From: Nitrososphaeria archaeon
Lineage (GTDB): Archaea; Thermoproteota; Nitrososphaeria; Nitrososphaerales; JAAOZN01
Direction of reading: 5' to 3'
Length of the DNA stretch: 64,000 nucleotides
Assembly: GCA_029775855.1 (NCBI GenBank)
Contig: JARVJZ010000003.1
Location: 162,416 to 226,415 of the forward strand
Shown here: positions 58,801 to 64,000 of the stretch, in pieces
Position numbering within the stretch: position 1 is the stretch's first letter
Layout of the letters: each line of letters begins with the position of its first letter
Position numbers and translations under genes: made by a program
The notes under the pieces: generated by a model
What the model was told of the DNA's origin: nothing
Seen by the model: the letters and a program-made list of their open reading frames with translations, nothing else
The model's database searches: none

Positions 58801-60068
58801 AGCTGACGTTTCTTATTTCATTTTACTGGATTATATTAGCTGCTCTACTTCTGTCAGCACCTTCTATTAAATTCACTATTTTAGGTTTCTCTTTTTACGA
58901 AGTTATTTTAGTGTTGCTGATACCCCTTGTTCTAGATGCATCACAGACGTTCATTAAGGGTTTTGTTCTACTATTCGGTCAGACATCATCCCCACCCACC
59001 CTAAATTTACACGAGCGCCGCCCTAAGGTTTCGATTATAATTCCAGCGCATAATGAAGGCGAGTATATTGAGAACACTCTTGCAAGCGTGCTAGAAGACC
59101 CTTATCCGAATAAAGAGGTTATTTTAGTAGATGACGGCTCAACCGATGACACATATGTGAAAGCCATGATATATAGCAACCGAAGCGAGTTGAAGGTGAT
59201 TAGGAGAGAGAAGGCTAGCGGCACAAAGGCAAGGGCTGTGAACTATGGATTCGTCTTCACTAAGGGTGATGTAGTAATCGTAATAGATGGAGACACACTT
59301 ATCGAAAGAGGCGCCATCGAAAAGATAATCGCCCCATTGAGTAAAGACGCTGATGTAGTTGCTGTCTCCGGTAATGTTAGAGTTGTTAACAAAGTGAATC
59401 TGCTTACAAAGCTTCAAGCATATGAATATCTTTGTAGTATGGAGCTGGGGAGAAGATGGCAGAGCCTCTTCAGCGGCATATTGGTGATCCCCGGAGCATT
59501 CGGCGCCTTCAGACGTGAGGTGTTTGAGTCGCTTGGTCGAATGCACCCAGATACAATTACTGAAGATTTTGATTTGACTATTATGATGCAGAAGGTTAGG
59601 AAGAGGCTGGTCTTTTCGCCGGAAGCCGTAGCTTGGACACACGCGCCAGAAAGTTGGAAAGGTTGGGTAAGGCAGAGGATTAGGTGGGCTGTTGGGCAGA
59701 TACAAGTCTACCGTAAACACCTAAACATCCTATTTAGGAGAAGATTCGGATTATTCGGCTCTTTTATCGTGCCTAACAGCATCTTTATGGACATAGTAGC
59801 GCTCATACTTAGGTTTAGTTGGGGTTTGACTTTGTTTGTCCTATATTCTGCCGAAATATTAGCTAGACTCGCTATCATAATATTTGCCTTCTACCTTCTA
59901 CTAGAGTTATCAACAGTATTGATGGCTGCTGCCTTGACTCCAAGAAAGGAAGATGTCAAGTACACGGTCCTCGCACCTATAATGGTCTTGTTCTATAGGC
60001 CGTTCTACTCCATCGTGAGGCTCTGGGCGTATCTTAAAGCATTTCTAGGTAAGAAGGTTCGTTGGTGA
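58797..60068 (+). CDS. Processive GT2 glycosyltransferase (IcaA/PgaC-like); start uncertain
   Basis: PAHNE, DDGS.D, KA.A.N, DGD, TEDF, RQRIRW; frame is open and hydrophobic upstream of GTG 58911. Confidence 0.88.
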   Translation: MKLTFLISFYWIILAALLLSAPSIKFTILGFSFYEVILVLLIPLVLDASQTFIKGFVLLFGQTSSPPTLNLHERRPKVSIIIPAHNEGEYIENTLASVLEDPYPNKEVILVDDGSTDDTYVKAMIYSNRSELKVIRREKASGTKARAVNYGFVFTKGDVVIVIDGDTLIERGAIEKIIAPLSKDADVVAVSGNVRVVNKVNLLTKLQAYEYLCSMELGRRWQSLFSGILVIPGAFGAFRREVFESLGRMHPDTITEDFDLTIMMQKVRKRLVFSPEAVAWTHAPESWKGWVRQRIRWAVGQIQVYRKHLNILFRRRFGLFGSFIVPNSIFMDIVALILRFSWGLTLFVLYSAEILARLAIIIFAFYLLLELSTVLMAAALTPRKEDVKYTVLAPIMVLFYRPFYSIVRLWAYLKAFLGKKVRW

Positions 60069-60115
60069 AACCTTTAATATAGGTTATATACAATTCTTCG
60101 CTAAAATCAGAGGGC

Positions 60116-60907
60116 TTGAATATGAATGCAATAACGGGTGAAAAGGAGATCTTCGTTAAATCTCACTCACCAAACGGTCTGCTTGTAGAATTCTCTATCT
60201 GTTTAAAGAACATCCCAGGAGCTTTGGCTGAAGTTTCGAGTCTGTTGGCTAAAATGGGTGTAAACATCCTATCAGGCTTTATGAACTTTAAGCCCGGTGA
60301 AGAGAAGGGTAGGTGGGCGTTTGTAGCCGATCTTAAGGATCTTGATGTATCCGCTGAGGATATATTGAAGCGGCTTAAAGAGTTGAGCTCTGTCTCGGAT
60401 GCAGATTTCATACAAGCTAAGTATAATAGCTTGATTATAGATGAGATGCACTTCCCCCTTCTAGTCATGGGTTCAAACAGCCTCCTCTTTAAAGTCGATA
60501 GCTGGGCTGATATGGCTTCCCATTTACTACAGTGCTTCGGCACAGGTGGAGCGGTCATACTATACGAGATGGGGTTAAAGGCTGGTGAAGCCCATGCTAA
60601 AGATGTTATTAAAGAGGGATTTAGCGGCAAGGTAGCATTCGATGTAATTCTCTCAGAGCGCATCGCATTAGGATGGGGGATACCTAAAGTTATTAACTTC
60701 GACGAGAAGAATGTAGAAGGGTTGATATCTGTGCAAGGTCTCTTCGAATGCATACCCTTCAAAGGAAAATGTAAAGATGGTAAGAGCCACTTCTTCAGAG
60801 GCTATCTCGTTGGTGTGCTTAAACAACTCTTCGGTAAGAAGGTTAAGGTAGAGGAAGTCGAATGCGTCGCCAAAGGTGAGCAGAATTGTCTATTTAAACT
60901 TGGGTAA
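60116..60907 (+). CDS. ACT plus V4R domain protein
   Basis: N.PGALA.VS..LA..GVNILSG; GWG, FEC, SHFFRGYL.G, E.EC.AKG...C.F. Confidence 0.88.
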   Translation: MNMNAITGEKEIFVKSHSPNGLLVEFSICLKNIPGALAEVSSLLAKMGVNILSGFMNFKPGEEKGRWAFVADLKDLDVSAEDILKRLKELSSVSDADFIQAKYNSLIIDEMHFPLLVMGSNSLLFKVDSWADMASHLLQCFGTGGAVILYEMGLKAGEAHAKDVIKEGFSGKVAFDVILSERIALGWGIPKVINFDEKNVEGLISVQGLFECIPFKGKCKDGKSHFFRGYLVGVLKQLFGKKVKVEEVECVAKGEQNCLFKLG

Positions 60908-60911
60908 GCTG

Positions 60912-61046
60912 TTAACGAAGCCCCCCTCTAAAATGTATGCACTTCTCTGGGTCATCTGGGCAGAACTCTTTAGCACCACAAGGGTGCGTTTCTGCGTATG
61001 GGTCACATTCTTCTACACTATCACTAGATTCTGGCTTGAGTTTCAT
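60912..61046 (-). CDS. 44-aa Cys-rich small protein (not in ORF track)
   Basis: TAATG overlap with deacetylase stop; MKLKPESSDSVEECDPYAETHPCGAKEFCPDDPEKCIHFRGGLR. Confidence 0.5.
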   Translation of the reverse strand: MKLKPESSDSVEECDPYAETHPCGAKEFCPDDPEKCIHFRGGLR

Positions 61047-61885
61047 TATGTCTCCTCAAATCCAGTTATTAGGTTATGTATCGATCTCCCTAATTCTTCA
61101 CCTAGGTAGCCACCTTCAAGCACAAAGAATGTAGGCTTATTTAACGACTTTATGAGTCTACCGATCTTTCTGTAGGTGCTTTCTGTGAGGTTTAGGGATG
61201 CCAGGTCCCCACGGTATGTGTCGAAGCCGGCTGAGACCGCTACAACCTCAAATCTGTTTGATTTGCAATTTTGAAGCGCATCTTTAAGCGTTTTTAAGTA
61301 TTCTTCTTCACCACAATCTGCCCAGAGCGGATAGTTTAGGCAGTTGCCTACTGAAGTTAAGCCTGTGCCAGGATAGTTTGGGTATCGGTGTAGCGAGATG
61401 TATGTAACATCTGTGTATCCTTGAAAGATTTCTTGTGTGCCGTTTCCGTGATGCCCATCTATATCAAGTATTAACGCCGGTCTATTGATATACTTCACAG
61501 CTATAGCGATGTTGTTAAGGTAGCAGAAGCCCCTTGTGTGAGCACCTAACGCTGCACCACCTCTCCCAGCATGGTGACCAGGAGGTCTCATTAAAGAGAA
61601 TCCATTGGTTTGAGCCGCTAGAATGGCTCCCCCAGCAGCGAGTCTTGCGTATTCGTAAATGCCTTCGTATGCCGGTGTGTCTGCATCTGCTAATAAGCCG
61701 CTCTTAAGCTTGTTGACATATTCTTGCGCATGCACTCTTAATACATCTTCTTCTGAAGCTGGTGTTGGTGTGAGGAATTCATAGCCCTCTTGCCTCAACA
61801 CCTCATACGCTTTTCTCACTCTATGCGGGCTCTCAATGTGCCAAGAGCCGTATTCTAGGCATCTTTCAGAGAAGATAATCTTCAT
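61046..61885 (-). CDS. Histone deacetylase family hydrolase
   Basis: H.ESP.R, RPPGHHA, GFCYLNN, DIDGHHGNGTQ, SAGFD, LEGGY. Confidence 0.95.
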   Translation of the reverse strand: MKIIFSERCLEYGSWHIESPHRVRKAYEVLRQEGYEFLTPTPASEEDVLRVHAQEYVNKLKSGLLADADTPAYEGIYEYARLAAGGAILAAQTNGFSLMRPPGHHAGRGGAALGAHTRGFCYLNNIAIAVKYINRPALILDIDGHHGNGTQEIFQGYTDVTYISLHRYPNYPGTGLTSVGNCLNYPLWADCGEEEYLKTLKDALQNCKSNRFEVVAVSAGFDTYRGDLASLNLTESTYRKIGRLIKSLNKPTFFVLEGGYLGEELGRSIHNLITGFEET

Positions 61886-61962
61886 CTTGTAGCGTTTAGG
61901 GTATAGGCTCTATATTTGTATTGCTTTAATCTGCTTTATTAATTACGCGCTACTCGTGGTGT

Positions 61963-62556
61963 TTAGAGCAAGCCTAGCTTCTCCTTTATTAAAGCAACCT
62001 CTCTCTCCAGCTTTTCGAACCTTCTATCCATATAGTCTTTCAGATCACTTCTTAGCGCTCGTATCTCAAGTATTGTTTCGTCTTGCTTTGTTAAGATCGC
62101 TTTAACATCGGTTTTTACCTCTTTTATATCGGTCTTTACCTCCTTTATATCTGTCTTTATTTCCTTTATGTCTGTTTTCATCTCTTTTATGTCAGCTTTC
62201 ATTTCCTTTATGTCTGTTTTCATCTCTTTTATGTCGTCTCTCATCTCTACCCCTACGACTGCTATCTTAGCGAGTTGTTCTAGGCTGAGTTGTTCTCTGT
62301 ATTCTGTTAGGTTCATTACTTCTTTGTCGTATGGCTCTACTATGATGTTGCTTACTTCTGCTGATGGTGGCTTCTCTGTTTTTACGGTTTGGATGAATTT
62401 GTCTACTTTCTCCACGCTCCCTTCTATTAGTATGATTAGGTCTTCGCCTATGTTTGCTGCTTCGAAGCCGGTTAATGTGTATGCTTTGCTGAGTAGGTGT
62501 AGTCTGTAACCTACATCTTGAACCCTCTTGCCTTTGATGGTGATCTTGGCTTTCAC
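61963..62556 (-). CDS. Acylphosphatase fused to a heptad-repeat coiled coil
   Basis: G.RVQDVGYR; DIKEMKT-type repeats. Confidence 0.85.
   Translation of the reverse strand: MKAKITIKGKRVQDVGYRLHLLSKAYTLTGFEAANIGEDLIILIEGSVEKVDKFIQTVKTEKPPSAEVSNIIVEPYDKEVMNLTEYREQLSLEQLAKIAVVGVEMRDDIKEMKTDIKEMKADIKEMKTDIKEIKTDIKEVKTDIKEVKTDVKAILTKQDETILEIRALRSDLKDYMDRRFEKLEREVALIKEKLGLL
62092..62240 (-). repeat. Degenerate 21-bp tandem repeat encoding DIKE(M/I/V)KT
   Basis: About 7 in-frame heptads. Confidence 0.8.
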
Positions 62557-62655
62557 ATTTTGTGAGAAAGGTTGGTTGGATTTAAGTTTATCTCCTAATC
62601 GCTCCTCTAGCTTCTTATCGAAGCGCTTATAAGGCTGGGGTCTTCATACAACATC

Positions 62656-63471
62656 TTGGTTAGGTTGAGTGCTCTTAAAAGGGAGTTTCTGGAGCTGCTT
62701 GAGAAGGATGTGGAGTTTAGGTATGCTGTGGCTGGCTACTTAGGGTTTTCTGAAATTCTAAAGAGGCTTGATTTTCACAGCGAGCAGCTGGTTAGGCTTC
62801 GTGATGAGCAGCTTAAGATTTGGAATGAGATTAAGGGGATTAAGGATGAGCAGCTTAAGATTTGGAATGAGATTAAGGGGATTAAGGATGAGCAGCTTAA
62901 GATTTGGAATGAGATTAAGGGGATTAAGGATGAGCAGCTTAAGATCCGTGATGAACAGGTTAGGCTTCGTGATGAGCAAGTTAAGATTTGGAATGAGATT
63001 AAGGGGATTAAGGATGAGCAGCTTAGGCTTAGGGAGGATTTCAATAGAATGCTTGAAGTTATCGGCAGGATGGATTTGAGGCTTAGTAGGGTTGAGCGTA
63101 CTCTTGAGAAGCTTACGGTTGATGTTGAAGACGAGGCGAGGTCTATTATTAGGTGGAGGGTTAGGGTTGAGTTTGGTGTTGATGTTGAGCTTGCTCCGCT
63201 GATCTTGCCTGATCTTGAGTTGGATATCTATGGTGTCTCTGATGGTCTTTGTGTGGTTGGTGAGGCTACGGTTAGGGGTGGTGTTGGTGTGCTGCGTGGT
63301 TTGCTGGAGAAGGTTGAGCGGCTTAAGGTTAAGTATCCTGATAGGGTTAGGGGTAGGCTGATAACTGTGGTTTATGCTTCTCTTGCTCTGCCTGAGCTCG
63401 TTGAAGCTGCTAGGGAGAGTGGAGTTTGGGTTCTGAAGGCTACTGGCGATTATTATAAGCCTGCCATCTAA
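62656..63471 (+). CDS. Coiled-coil repeat protein with PD-(D/E)xK-like C-terminus (DUF3782/PaRep-like)
   Basis: L.LLEKD.EFRYAVAG.LG; ELDIYG....V.GEATVR. Confidence 0.8.
   Translation: MVRLSALKREFLELLEKDVEFRYAVAGYLGFSEILKRLDFHSEQLVRLRDEQLKIWNEIKGIKDEQLKIWNEIKGIKDEQLKIWNEIKGIKDEQLKIRDEQVRLRDEQVKIWNEIKGIKDEQLRLREDFNRMLEVIGRMDLRLSRVERTLEKLTVDVEDEARSIIRWRVRVEFGVDVELAPLILPDLELDIYGVSDGLCVVGEATVRGGVGVLRGLLEKVERLKVKYPDRVRGRLITVVYASLALPELVEAARESGVWVLKATGDYYKPAI
62803..63027 (+). repeat. 42-bp/21-bp coding tandem repeat (DEQLKIWNEIKGIK)
   Basis: Three exact 42-bp copies at 62803-62928, then variant units. Confidence 0.92.
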
Positions 63472-63561
63472 TCTTCTTATCGTTTGTGGTAGACGTTTTG
63501 TCCATAAGGCTTAAATACGTTTCATGTTAGATGGTTTCTTACGAAAAAGGTGAATTGATAC

Positions 63562-64000
63562 ATGAGTAGAATACTGTCTCTAACCATAGCTTCTCTGCTA
63601 ATATTGGCCTCGTTCGCAGGCCTCAGCTTGGTTGCTCCTGTTGGTGTAGCCTCAGCTGCTGCACCGACCATAACATTAAGCGCCTCTTCGGGGCCTGCGG
63701 CGATCGTAGATCCCCTTGGAAACACTATTCTTTCATCTACTGTTATCGTGGATGGAAGCGGCTTCCCAGCAGGTCAAACGGGTATAACTATCAGGATTGC
63801 TTCTAGCGGTACTACACCGTCTCCAACCGCTGGTACCCAACTAAGGCTTGATAGACCGACCATTCAAACAGTAGGTGCTAATACTGTTGACGCTGATGCG
63901 AACGGCAAGTTCAGAGCAAGAATCCACATAATCGACACCACTAACGGTGAGATTACTGGTGGAAGCAAGGTCATCTTCGCTGTCTACACCCCTGCTGGTG
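63562..64000 (+). CDS. Secreted/S-layer-like protein, 3' truncated (not in ORF track)
   Basis: AGGTGA SD; MSRILSLTIASLLILASFAGLSLVAPVGVASA-AAPTITLS..., V.GSGF, DANG.F. Confidence 0.8.
   Translation, partial: MSRILSLTIASLLILASFAGLSLVAPVGVASAAAPTITLSASSGPAAIVDPLGNTILSSTVIVDGSGFPAGQTGITIRIASSGTTPSPTAGTQLRLDRPTIQTVGANTVDADANGKFRARIHIIDTTNGEITGGSKVIFAVYTPAG

Noticed and set aside
59139-60762. Long antisense ORFs (193 and 199 aa) and similar shadow ORFs elsewhere in the track
   Set aside because: They lie opposite well-supported genes and show no motifs
62803-63027. CRISPR array
   Set aside because: Head-to-tail units without unique spacers, in frame within a CDS, and no cas genes

Overview
Archaeal chromosome window, inferred to be TACK (probably a Nitrososphaeria-like lineage) from the nuoH N-terminal extension, the two-NuoM complex I, an ESCRT-III/CdvB paralog and a TackOD1-like gene. 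It is mostly housekeeping: leuCD, tfs, rpoL, nuo, gdhA, tpiA, two thermosome subunits, EF-1beta, cdc48, fen, pcm, EF-2 and an ECF transporter. Four things stand out. (1) The EF-2 gene is split by a 31-nt intron (31985-32015) that folds into a canonical bulge-helix-bulge motif, and cleavage at the standard positions restores the frame exactly. (2) A 14.9-kb co-oriented cluster (36460-51325) next to a two-intron tRNA-Lys encodes a non-contractile tail, terminase and an ABC-GNAT fusion, but no recognisable capsid, portal, protease, integrase or att repeat. (3) That cluster contains a consensus type I hammerhead ribozyme just upstream of the tail-tube gene and a TTT-CGC +1 frameshift site in the tail chaperone. 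(4) The complex I operon keeps only membrane subunits (A-H-J-K-M-L-M-N). All product calls come from motif recognition by eye; no searches were run.
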